A stretch of DNA of 57,884 nt, counting the filler, from Sphacelaria rigidula (Eukaryota), in assembly GCA_964200075.2 (NCBI GenBank). It is 9 parts of 9 records of this genome, joined end to end, with 100 filler letters (N's around TTAATTAATTAA, not from the genome) between each part and the next. Parts side by side here need not be neighbours in the genome. Positions count along the whole stretch, not along the records: positions 19,330 to 25,672 come from CAXNAA020020652.1; positions 25,773 to 32,115 come from CAXNAA020020653.1; positions 32,216 to 38,558 come from CAXNAA020020654.1; 6 more parts are not named here. One strand, written 5' to 3'. Shown piece after piece: positions 22,801-34,107 of this stretch. Position 1 is the first letter of the stretch. Each line of letters opens with the position of its first letter. The position numbers and the translations under genes were made by a program. The notes beneath the pieces were generated by a model, which was not told the origin of the DNA, did not search any database, and saw nothing but the letters and a program-made list of their open reading frames with translations.

Positions 22801-25524
22801 GTCGCGTAAAACCGCTGGGATATACTCCAGAACGCAGTAGTCCTTCACCACCTGTTTCCTGTTGTGCGACTGATCACGTGTAGTTGTTTCGGAGTGATCG
22901 TTCCGCCATACTTGCCCACCACCCACCAACGACCTCACACCTGGGGCCTGCCCCACCGGTCGTTTCGGGTGTCCGGTCCCTCGCAGGCTGGAAATGCGGT
23001 AGTTGAGTCCGAAGTATGGCAAAACGTATGCCCGTGCTACAGGTAGAAGATCCTCAGATACGGTATTTGATGTGCAATCTTGTTTTCGTTATACATCATT
23101 CCAGCCTTGTGGAACATCCAACGGATTTGTGACCCACACGAACACGAAGGGCACGACTTGCGAGTACCTACTCGCAGGCTCCACCTCCAAGACGTCACTA
23201 AAGAGAGCTCTGTCGATCAGTTTACAGGGAAGTTGTTGAAAACGGCGCCCTACAGGACCATTGTTGATGAAGTAGCTGTTTACAGTTACATCAAACTGTT
23301 GGAAAAGAGGCGATCCATTACACATTCCTCGCACACCGCACCAGCGGTGGTACAGTCAGTGATCCATTACCCTTTCCTCGCATATAAGTTTAGTATAGTC
23401 AGTACAACTGTAGTTACGTGAGCGGTACCAAACAGCCGTCAGCTGAAGGAGTAATTGATACGTTTGTCGTTTCGACCCTTATTGCTGGAGTAAAAGTCTA
23501 CTGTTGTCCACGAAATCACGTGTAAACGTTCACCACAGGTCACCACAGGTGGCGCAAGCACGGGATGGTGCTGATGCCTCCATCATCACCTGTACACTAG
23601 ATGATGGTCATGGGTGTATGAACACCCAGGAATTGGTCACGAACTTTGAGCAGGATGTTTTCACGAACAAGGCGGGGCTTTTCTCTAGGAAACATCACTG
23701 CGTTAAGTTTTCCGCCCGATCCTCCAAGTAACTTTCAGACTATATGAAGCGGCCTGAGAGCTCTCGACGAGTCCACACGTCTTAGCTGGAGCCGCAAGAA
23801 TGTCACGGATATGACCACCCGCCAGCGATTTCCCCGTCCAACTCCCAAGTCCCAACCTCGCTTTCATGATGTAACAATCTATTTACCTACGGTGACGGCG
23901 GGACACATGCCTGCTTTTCCGACCTACATTGTAAGAATGTTCCTCGCTGTTCGAATTTGTGGACTCACAATGTGACTCGTTACAGAGGGCGTTCCCCGAG
24001 GGTACGATGGTTGATGTCCGGCAGGTATGTAAGTCAACCCTTGGATGGCCACAGTCGGTCATCCATCGAATCGACATCAGTTTTACTTCCAAAGGGTAGG
24101 CACGATCCAGATGAAATACCCTCACAGTCCATGAGTTAACACAACGGTTGTCTTGTCGAAATTCGGACAAAATGGTTCAGATTTGCCTACGCCTCAACAC
24201 CACCAATCGGCGTGCTTGCCTACAAACCGAAACCGTCGGAACACTTTCTAGCATAAATCTGCCTAGTTCAATACGCACCGGTAAGCTTGTTTTTGTTCAG
24301 CTTCAGCACTTTCAGCTCGTCGAGATCCCCAAGCGCCTCGGGGATGGATCCTGCACAACAAGGAAGAAAGCAGTGGTGAGCATTTTCGACGCAAGCTGAA
24401 TGCTCTTACAAGAAATGACCTGCGATCGTGAGTAGGCCACTTCATATTCTAGGGGCGTAGGTGGCACACGTACGGCACATCTCAATGAAAAACCGTAACT
24501 AATATTGAAAAGACTCACCAGTCAGAGGGAATGAATCTGCTACAACCGAAGATACACCAGGAGTAGAGACTTGCGTGAAATGAAAATCGTTTTCAATACC
24601 ATACACGCGCGAGAAACACTCAAGCTTATCCGAAATGAGCGATCCGAAAAGTACTATTCGCTATTCGATGTTGTTGACTCACCATTCAACTTGTTGTCGC
24701 TGAGGTCGAGGTGCTCCAAGGCCTTGAGATGGCCCAGTTGCGATGGGATGCATCCTGCCGACATGCAAGTCAACACAGGGGTGGTGCAGTCAAAAATACC
24801 AAACATAGGTTGTGTCAATGTCTGTGAGGTCGAGGCGCTCCACGGCGCTGAGATTTCCCAGTTGCATTCGAACGTATCCGACAGACATGCACGTCAACAC
24901 CATGGTACTGCTGTCGGATCCACGGACGATCGGTTGTGTCCCGCCTACGCCTCCAGACCGCCAATTCATCACCACTCACCGGTGAGCTTGTTGTCGTACA
25001 GCTTCAGCACCTTCAGCTCGTCGAGATCCCCGAGCGACTCAGGGATGGGTCCTTAACAAGGAAAAGACGAAATGAGTAGTCAATTGATGACATGTTGCAC
25101 GAAGTGATCTGCAACGGTCAGTATGTTACTTCATATTGTGCAAGTGTAGGCGGGACATGTAGGGTATATCTCCACGAAAAACCGAGAACATTTTACTTCT
25201 AAACCTACGGTAGGAAAGACGTGCCTCAACCCAGGGGATACAACCTGCTGAATCAAAGACGTGCAACTTCATAAAATATTCGATTTCGGTCAACGCACGG
25301 GTGGGGGAGGTCGAGCACTCCACAGGAGAGCATCACGTCCATGTCCATAGGGTAGCCCTTGATATACCTTCAAGGTTGCGGTTGCTCAGATCTAGCTCAA
25401 CCACGCGGCCTTGGTCGTTGACTTTCACCCCATGCCAATCCGAGAGATCGGTATCCGTGTCCCAGTCATACCATTTGATCCCGCCGACCAGACCAAGTAG
25501 TAGGTCACGATCCGTCGGGGCCAT
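19430..25524 (-). CDS. Brown-algal LRR protein (ROCO/LRR-receptor-like N-terminus), 3' incomplete; exons 25368-25524, 24980-25051, 24683-24754, 24279-24350, 19694-19765, 19430-19501
   Basis: Exon 1 is an LRR N-cap (MAPTDRDLLLGL...WDTDTDLSDWHGVKVNDQGRVVELDLSNRNLEG). Five 72-nt phase-1 exons with AG/GT sites each encode one 24-aa LRR: GPIPESLGDLDELKVLKLYDNKLT, GCIPSQLGHLKALEHLDLSDNKLN, GSIPEALGDLDELKVLKLNKNKLT, GDVPSSLGQLGNLEHLNLSSNRLS, GDVPSFLGQLGNLEHLNLAGNELS. Confidence 0.88.
22504..23334 (-). pseudogene. Unidentified intronless decayed ORF inside the long LRR-gene intron
   Basis: ORFs 23089-23334, 22786-23022 and 22504-22737 are in one frame, with 3 internal stops over ~277 codons. Confidence 0.35.
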
Positions 25525-27565
25525 TGCAGAGGACACCTGTGGGGCGCAGAGAGAGAAGGAAGTTGCGGGCAAACGGATAATGCCTGGTATGGCAGCAACA
25601 ACAATAGCATGAACTGAGGAGATTTACACATAGACTTTGCCATTCCACCCAACGACGCAACAACGGTCTGCCNNNNNNNNNNNNNNNNNNNNNNNNNNNN
25701 NNNNNNNNNNNNNNNNTTAATTAATTAANNNNNNNNNNNNNNNNNNNNNNNNNNNNNNNNNNNNNNNNNNNNAAAGCGAATGATCAAAGCCACTCTCAAT
25801 CGTATCATCTACTCTCAATCTCACGAAAACACTGTTATAGCTGGTTTGGGAGTGCACGAAACACTGCAGTTTCGAACATGTGGGCGTCATAGCTGGTGTA
25901 GGACTGTAAGGCGCGTCCTGAACTGGCGATACTGGCGAAAATGACAATAGGCGCGACACCCCCCATGTACTCGGTGCGCGCGGCTTATCTTACTTTGACG
26001 CTTTTTGTGCTGTCCGAAGGTTGGCGATTCGTCATGCGGGCGATGTTCGAGCCGGAGGCACTCAGTTCCCCCTCCTGGGTAGAAGCATGTTCGAGATTCT
26101 GAGGCACTTGCGCGATACAACGCCTCATGTTTGGTTTCAGCCTGCATGAAGCGCCTCATAGAGACGCACTTGGCAACACCGAACCCGGGCCCCGACGGCA
26201 ACTCCCGGCTGCTAGGTATCCTCGGCTTCCTACCTTTCCATTGACGTGCATATTTTGGACTCACCAATCAGCCTTTGGTTTGCGAGGGGCTATCGTTGGA
26301 AGTTCTCTGGGACGACGGCATTATTCTTCATCCACGTGAGTTAGTTTAGCAGCGACTACAGAAGTTGCAACGGAGAATTAATGCTTCATTATATTTGTAA
26401 GAGACAAATCACTATCTCGGCGTCGCCATGGATGCGCATGCAGGACGCCTACCGCTGAATACCTTTCCGTCAATCCATGCAGGGCTCCACGTACACAAAG
26501 AAATCAATAACAACAATGGGGTACCTATTCAAGCCAAGTGGGGGGAAAAAATGTCGCCTTGCGTCGTTTGTCTTCGAGTAGTACCTTGTTAGTGATACGA
26601 TACTACTGCGCAGGTGATATGACCAGACGTTGCGTGATGCGGCGCTACTCTTGGCAACAAAGTCGTCGGCAAAGGCAAAAATACCCGCGCGTTTGTCTCG
26701 AGACATGTACCAACACAACATGCATCGCCTCCCGCTACTTTAGCGGCATCATCAGCTTATACTACTCAGCAGTGCGCCCGGAACCACCCCGAGTCGTGCG
26801 TCGTGTTTCCGAATCTGCTTTGGTGCTCCTCCACTTCCCCGCAGATTCAGCGGTTTTGGGGAATGTCTCTCCAATATCTCGAACCAAGCCGAGTAGGGAT
26901 CCATCCCCTTGCCCGGGGAAATATATGTACCAACTCGATACCTCGTGCTCGAATTCCGAATGAGACAGCCCCGATGCACCCGTTTTGTGTCGCGGCGTGG
27001 TCCAGTATGGGGCGAAGACATAGGCCGTCTGGAAGCCGTATCCATGATTTTGGACGGGTTTGTTCACTCGGAGGCTGCGGGTGAGCGGATGTCCGCGCCT
27101 TACCTCCGTATCGTTGTCATCACCTTCCTCATGCAGGCCCGAAACGAGTGTCTTTCACACGTCGGTTTCTTTACTAGGGATGCGATTGTGACACATCTGC
27201 GTCCGAACTTCTCGTAGAACAGCGTGAATCTTCTCCTGAACAGTGCAGAAAACTTTGCGGGACGCCGACGGAGAGCACTTACAATTTAGGTCCACGACTG
27301 TTGGCGACCGGAGGTACTCATTTGAAACACAGGAATTCACTCGTGGATACCAGCGCGCACATCTCGCCCACGACATGGTCCCGATCCCGCAAACCAGATA
27401 TGTGCCCACTTAAAGAACGCTTGCCGATTGTCCGGCCACCGGCAATCATAGAAACGCGAGCAGTAACATCATGTACGGATTTCGAATGGAACGGGTGATG
27501 CAACTCTTCATACTTCGCAAAGAGAATTTCTACATTAGCCCCTCCCCCCCTCCCCGGTACGGCTA

Positions 27566-27695
27566 GCTTTTACACTGCCTCATCATGGGTGCCTAACCGG
27601 GGAGGGGGTGTACTCATGATCATGAATGACTATTGCATGCATGATCATGAGTACACCCCCTCCCCGGTTAGGCACCCATGACGCAGTGTAAAAGC
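27566..27695. repeat. Near-perfect 130-bp hairpin (small foldback element)
   Basis: TCATGGGTGCCTAACCGGGGAGGGGGTGTACTCATGATCATG pairs with its exact reverse complement; outer GCTTTTACACTGC/GCAGTGTAAAAGC. Confidence 0.9.
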
Positions 27696-28406
27696 CGTGG
27701 CTACCTCTGGAAGTGGCGATACCACACAATAAAGCATGTGATTGTTGCCTGTCATTCAAATGCAAGAATATCAGCACGCTTCGGGCTGAACGATCATAGC
27801 AAGATACAGCTCACACCCTTCATGCGACTCGCCGCACACACCACGGCGCATCGCGCTTCGTGGTTTGAGTGCAAGCCTGGTCCGGCAAAAGCCCGGCGTG
27901 CTCCGTCCCACATTTGTAGGGGGATGCGAGGACAACGGTGTTCTGACTATGGCATGCATGATCATAAGTACACCCGCCGTCTCCCTCCCCCCCCAGCGAA
28001 ATCGACCCACGTTCTCGCGAAATAGATGGTCAAGCCACGCCCGGTATCTGCCGATATGGCCGGGTACGAACCGGGTGTAAATTCCTTTATAGTGGTTTTG
28101 TTCGGCTTTTTTCGGTTAACTTCACGTGCACATTATGCTTCCCCTAAAAAGCCGCTTTTTTGGGAGTGGCGGCTATCGTACAGAGTGTCGAAAGTTGTGG
28201 GTACCCGATCACATCTGACACGCGAGGGGATCCTGGTTTCACAAACCAGATATGTGCCTCATTGTTTCGCCGTTGCCGATAGCCTGGTCATCGCCATTTG
28301 AAAACAGAAGGGAGCGGTGACGCCGTGTCCCTTTTCTGTGTATTAAACGCGCGACGCAGGTTCGACTGTTGGACTATTGAGTAATCACGTACACTGTATG
28401 ATATAC

Positions 28407-31400
28407 TCACATTTGAGGAGGATGGGCGGGGTGTTCAGGGTCGGGCGTGCCGGTCGAGGAACGCTGTATGGTGGGGCTGCATGCGCTGTCGTCGCCGTTG
28501 GTCTCCAGCGTAGTCGGGGGGGCTGTCGATGAAGAGAGAGTGCGGGCAGTGAGATCATCGGCCCTGTCGCCCGCATCTCCGTCGTGAGACGGACTATCAG
28601 GATCCGAAAAAGACGAGTCATCGTCATCTGATGAAAAAACGCGATCGTTTTTGCGTTTTTTCCCGTTCGAGGCGGTGTTGCTGCTCCCACAGGGGCTACT
28701 AGTGGTTCTAATGCCACAGCGATCTCCGCCGCCGTCACTCACGGCAATGACGGAACCTTCACCGCTCGAGTCCCGGATGGACGGAGGGGCTTGTCGACGC
28801 GCTCTGTCGGTGTCGTGGCCTCCTGACCCGTCCCCGTCCCCCTTCTTCCTCTCGCCTGGGCGTGCATCGGCGCTATCTGTCCTGCGAGCGGTATCTCCGC
28901 CTATGACGTCGTGGCCGTGGGCACGTGCACGGCCGGCGTTCACCAACCCGCGTCCCAAGCTACCAGCAGTCCGCTCGCCTCCGACATCGCCTGCGTGTCC
29001 GCCCCTGTCGTCTACGGCGTCGCGCACGCCGTCGCTGTGATCCCCCTTGTTGCGCTGTCGTCCCTGGCAACTGTGGCCGGCGCCGGAGATATCTTCTTTT
29101 GGTTTCGCCCTCGCCTGTGCTTGGCGGTGGAGAATGGTTCCCTGCCGGCGTTATTGACGACACCCGAACCTCCGTTACATGGTCAACGGTTATTATGCAT
29201 ACCGCTGTCGAGACAGTTACTGTAGAATGCTAAACATATCCATAGCTTCGTGAAGTAGAAAGACAGGAGAACGTTATGTCGCTACACAGAATTTATGCCT
29301 ACCTGGAGGTACATTTCTATATTTTTGCGTATGCTCTCCCCCTACGACACGATGTGATGAAATTCCCCCTTCCGCGTTGGATGACGCGCACATATATCCC
29401 CCGTTTTTTTCAGTGACTCCCGCAATCGCGGGGGAGCATACATGTAGCGGTCGAGACCACAGTGTCACACATTCCTGCTTTCTGGAGGCGTGCAGCGAAA
29501 GAAGCAACATATTATGATTATCTCACCACTGGACCTTTTCTTCCACCACTGTCAAGTGCACTACACCATCTGCGCCGCCTATTATTGACTCAAACTGCTC
29601 ACAGATGATCACAGGGATGGGAATCGTCGCTGGCGTGGAGTCGTCGTTGTCTTTCCGGACTGTGACTAATTTCGCCTCGAGTGTTGGACCTGGGAGGAAG
29701 GAAACGAGGGAGTCGCGTGCGAGGGGTTTGAGCTCGGTGGGGGCGAGTAGTGAGTGCAATAGGTATCTGGTGATCATTTCCGAAATGTCTTCAGTCTTTC
29801 GAAGCATGCATCTTCTCCGCGGTGCTGCCAGATGTCGAAAGACACAGAGACTCTCTTGCTTGTAGGATGTCAATGCCATCTGTAACGTTTGCTTGCGTGT
29901 TGACCGATGAATGGGATGTGTGACATTTGTTAAAGCTACCGAGTGGGAGTCGTGCCTACCTGGCGGGCGAGCACACGTTCGTTGAGTTTTACTGTCTACT
30001 ACATGCGGATGTACTCACAAACTCGTAGATGGTGATTGCGTCGAAGGTGAATGGATGTGAGCACATGGACGCATGTGGCAACTGCTTCCACCTCATGTCG
30101 AACTTGAGCTTGCTGCTAAACCGGGCGTTTTTCTTCGCCAGTCGGCCCTGGGCTTTGTTGAGGTTGACGGAGTTCGCCCCCCCACCAGAGAATCCATGAA
30201 CACCTTGTGATATGCGGTATCCATCCAGTCGAACACGTCTCCACTCTCCTGCGTGTCCCTCGCGCGTAGACGACGGTCGATGAGCGTATAGGAGTGAGAT
30301 CTGATCGCCGCACGAGCGTCGGCCGAGTGCACCCACCTCACAGCTTTCTTTGCGAAAGCTATTTGACGTTGCCGCCATTTCACCAGGGCTATTTTTGTGT
30401 TGTGACCATCGGCAACGATGCCCGCCTGGGCGTCACCGTCTTCGTGGGGTGTAGACTTGCCCCCCTCAGTGTCCCCGCCGTCTTGATGGGGTGAAGACGG
30501 CTCCGCTGAGGACTCTTGCTCTCTCTTCAGGTCCCACTGCAATCCGTCGGCGATTTCCAGCAGTTGCTTCGACAATTCCGTCCCGCAGTGCTTTCCCTCG
30601 CAGAACGTGGACGCCACGTCGTGTGCGAGGTGCAACGCCTTGAGTGACCGGGCGAAGGTCATCACCTGTGTATTCACGCCTTCGTCCCTGATGAGGGAAT
30701 GTAGGGTGGCGTTGCATAAGCAGCGCCTTTCGAGGCCGAAGAGGAAGCTGTAGGCGTGGAGGTTGAGCAGCGACGAACTTGGGTTGTTCTGCGGGGTTGA
30801 AGGCACATCAGGATCAATGGCGAGGCGGTATCACATTGTGACCGGAGGGGAAATGTGTATCGCGAGGTACTGTTGTAGACTTGAGTGGAAACGCGCCAAA
30901 CGTACATCGCACGGCTCGGTTGGTTTAGCATTGTGCCGATGGACAGGTGTCGCCATCGCGCGTCCGTATTTTGACATTAAAATGCATTCATTTCCAGGTG
31001 TGTATTTCATCCGTGCTCGACGTTAGGTCACCGAATTGATTAGCGTTACAGGGTCACCCACCTGCTTCATTCCTGCCTCTTCTTCATGCGTGAAGTGCTG
31101 CATCAGAACATCAGCCAGCGGCCAGTCGTCGTGCAGAGCCATCGCGTATACCAGCGTGACGAAGTACTGAAGTTTCTGGGAGGGGGTCTCATCAACCGGT
31201 CTCCCTGTAGAAGTCAGGACGTATTTAACCAGATATTCTTTGACGTAGGTACTAAGCCGACGCCAGATAACGTTCGCGTCATCTTTCTTCTTCTTGTTGC
31301 TTATCGGCGGATTCTCCCATAGCTTCAACCTTCATTGTTCGTCTCCCAGGACGGTGCTCAGTTGCTTCGGAGTTGTCAATTCGTTTCTCAACGACGCCTG

Positions 31401-31587
31401 TCGGATAATGGGTACCAGAATCCCGATCGCCGAGCTCATGCCAGGTTTCTGTCATCGGCGCCAAACACGCGTGACAGAAACCATGGCGGGCATACGCGCC
31501 TACGGTTATCATATGCCGAAGGGAGTGGTACCGTACTGATGGCGATCTATGCTCGCAGATGTTCACGATTTTATCGCCCGAAAACAC
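28407..31587 (-). pseudogene. Multi-exon decayed gene with SWIM-like zinc fingers, possibly Mutator-type transposon-derived; exons ~31587-31062, 30869-30019, 29879-29527, 29219-~28407
   Basis: Phase-compatible GT/AG sites join the long ORFs; the spliced product gives HLTVVEEKVQCNCLDSGMHNNR*PC (SWIM-like CxC..PC). In-frame stops and frameshifts are present. Confidence 0.45.
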
Positions 31588-32029
31588 GAACCCGACGATA
31601 CCAACGAAGGGATGGTACTACATTCAATGAATCACGCACCGTTTTCCAGCGGGCGTGCTCTGTGGCATACGGCTGGTTCGTGGAACCAAGTCTTATGTTG
31701 TGCACGCGAGCAGCAACTGGTGAAGTGGCACAGCAGACATGCTGTATGTGTGAAAGTGGGCTGGTGTGGCGTCTCTCTCGTGAAACAAGGAGAAAAACAC
31801 GGTCGCGCCGACCCTCGGAACAGTGGTGAGATGAGGTTGTACCACGGGGGAGGTGTTGGTGGCGGTATGGATTGTGTGATGTCGTCGGCCGGTTGACCCA
31901 TGCCGGTATTGTGAGGGCCCACGCTCGCGCTACACAAACGTATGAACCCCATTTGACAAAATAGTGCATTTTCCTCCGGCACTTATAAGCAGTGCTGCTC
32001 TTGTAAGTAAACGACACTTTCTATGATAG

Positions 32030-32068
<39 letters not shown>

Positions 32069-32519
32069 ACCCCACCCACCACACCACAACCACACAACCC
32101 ACCCCCACGCCAGGANNNNNNNNNNNNNNNNNNNNNNNNNNNNNNNNNNNNNNNNNNNNTTAATTAATTAANNNNNNNNNNNNNNNNNNNNNNNNNNNNN
32201 NNNNNNNNNNNNNNNAGGGAAAAAGTCGGGGGCCGACAAAAAAAAGGACCCCCCCCCCCCCCCCCCCCCTCCCCCCCACCTCCCATTTTTTCACCTTGGT
32301 TACGTCTATCGTGTGACCCGGCATTCGTTGGCGGATCAATTCCTATGTGACTTTGAAGTCAATCAGCATGATGGTCGGCTTTGAGTTTGGAATATTGCAC
32401 CATGTGTTTTGACCTTGTAGGATGCTCTTGTACTTACTCCAATATTTTATCTTCATATGTTCATGCCGCGTACATCGATAGACCTGGTAAACCAACGCAT
32501 CACGAACGACAACGAACAG

Positions 32520-33147
32520 GCGATCCCCGATATGGACGAGAGACACAGGCGCCTGGTGGAGCTCAACGTGCAGGAGTCGTGCATGAACCTGTTCGCCAAC
32601 CCCATCGTGCAGAAGAAACAGGCCCTGGACGCGATGCCTAAGATCCACGGCTGGGTGTACGACGTAGGGACCGGACTGCTGAAGAGGCTCGACATTGATT
32701 TCAAGGTGCTTGCTTGTATTTGCTTTTCCATGCTTGTTTCTGCTCGTCTTCGCATGCGTGAACGATTTCGATTTGCTTGCTGTTCATGTCGAGTGTCGTT
32801 TTGTGTGTTGTTTTCGCTCCTCCGGAGAAATGATCCACTTATTCCGGGTACCTGCGCACCTCAAAGCGACGAACATGGATTTATGAGGTACAGTTGCGTG
32901 CAGCCTATTGCACATCGTGTACAGTACTGCAGAGCCTGCTGGGGGCTTTTTTTTTTTTTCGCTCGCTGCCAGCGGTGTTACTGTCAAGTCATACAGTAAG
33001 TAGTGGGGGACAAATTTGCTGGGCGTGAAGGTTGATGGTACGAACAGCTTCGTCTTTGAGTTGATTGAAAAGGATGATGGCACAGTGCAATGATTTGCAG
33101 ATGAGTTGGTGTGATGGCGGACAGCCTTAGCTTAGCGTCTCCACTTC

Positions 33148-33179
<32 letters not shown>

Positions 33180-34107
33180 ACGCTTTTTGAGGTCGGGGGA
33201 CAAACACAAAGGACCGAGTAAGAACCCGGTTTAATGGATAGTGGCGAGAGAATGATCGCTATACTAGAAAATGGATAGTGCCCACAGACGGCGAAACAGG
33301 ATGGGGGGATGAGATATGTAGAAGGTTTTTGTGTAATGCATGGAAAAGACGTCATGAACGCCCAAGTGTTGGAGGTGTCTCTTTTAGGAGTAGGAACGGT
33401 GCCTCTTCTCGAAAGGGATGCATGATAAATGGTCAAATGAATACGGCAAGCAACAAACGAGTAAGCCCCCCCTCGCCCCCTATTGCTGACGAGTATTCGC
33501 TGGTGCTACGTGCCAAGGATATCTACGCTAGAGTGCTTGCCCAAATATGCTTCGCTTGCGAGGTTTTGTATTATTTTCTCCAACGAAAAATACATTTGTT
33601 GGAAGATGTTGGTGTCAGTAGGTGAGGGTCCCGAGACAGGACGCTAGCTAGCTCACCATGAGCTGGTGAGCTGTTTTCGTGTGAAAAAAACAACATAAAT
33701 CTGCAGGTGAAATAATGCCTACATAAATATATATATATTATTTTACATGCCGTTTAATATAATTTTGCTTGCTTACTTGATTGGTTGATTGGTTGATCGA
33801 TTAAATGTCGCACAGTAACTGATACGCCACAAATCCAGCAGTGGTCAATTGGAACTAATACTTAGGCTACCCGCCCCTGGCCATCCCCCACCCTCCGCTA
33901 TTTGCACACATGGATCTCTTTCTTGTCACAATTTCCCCGCAGTCGGAGATCCGAAAATACCGGGACGTGTACCGTCTGTACGAGTTCCCCCGACAACCGC
34001 ACAAGGACAACAAGCCCATGGCGCCCAGGAGGAAGAACCCGTCTGCGCGCGTACTTCCCAAGGAGGCCAAGGAGCCGCTTGTTGATTCGATGCCAATCTT
34101 GGACTAG
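32520..34107 (+). CDS. Beta-class carbonic anhydrase, last two coding exons (32520-32705, 33943-34107); 5' part off contig
   Basis: RRLVELNVQESCMNL...PKIHGWVYDVGTGLLKRL is the conserved beta-CA C-terminal motif; phase-0 splice CAG|GCG...AAG|GT and CAG|TCG...TAG. Confidence 0.9.

Noticed and set aside
25773..27520. Decayed minus-strand coding region in contig 5
   Set aside because: Probably a relic, but frame and family could not be assigned; only the segment shared with contig 1 is reported.
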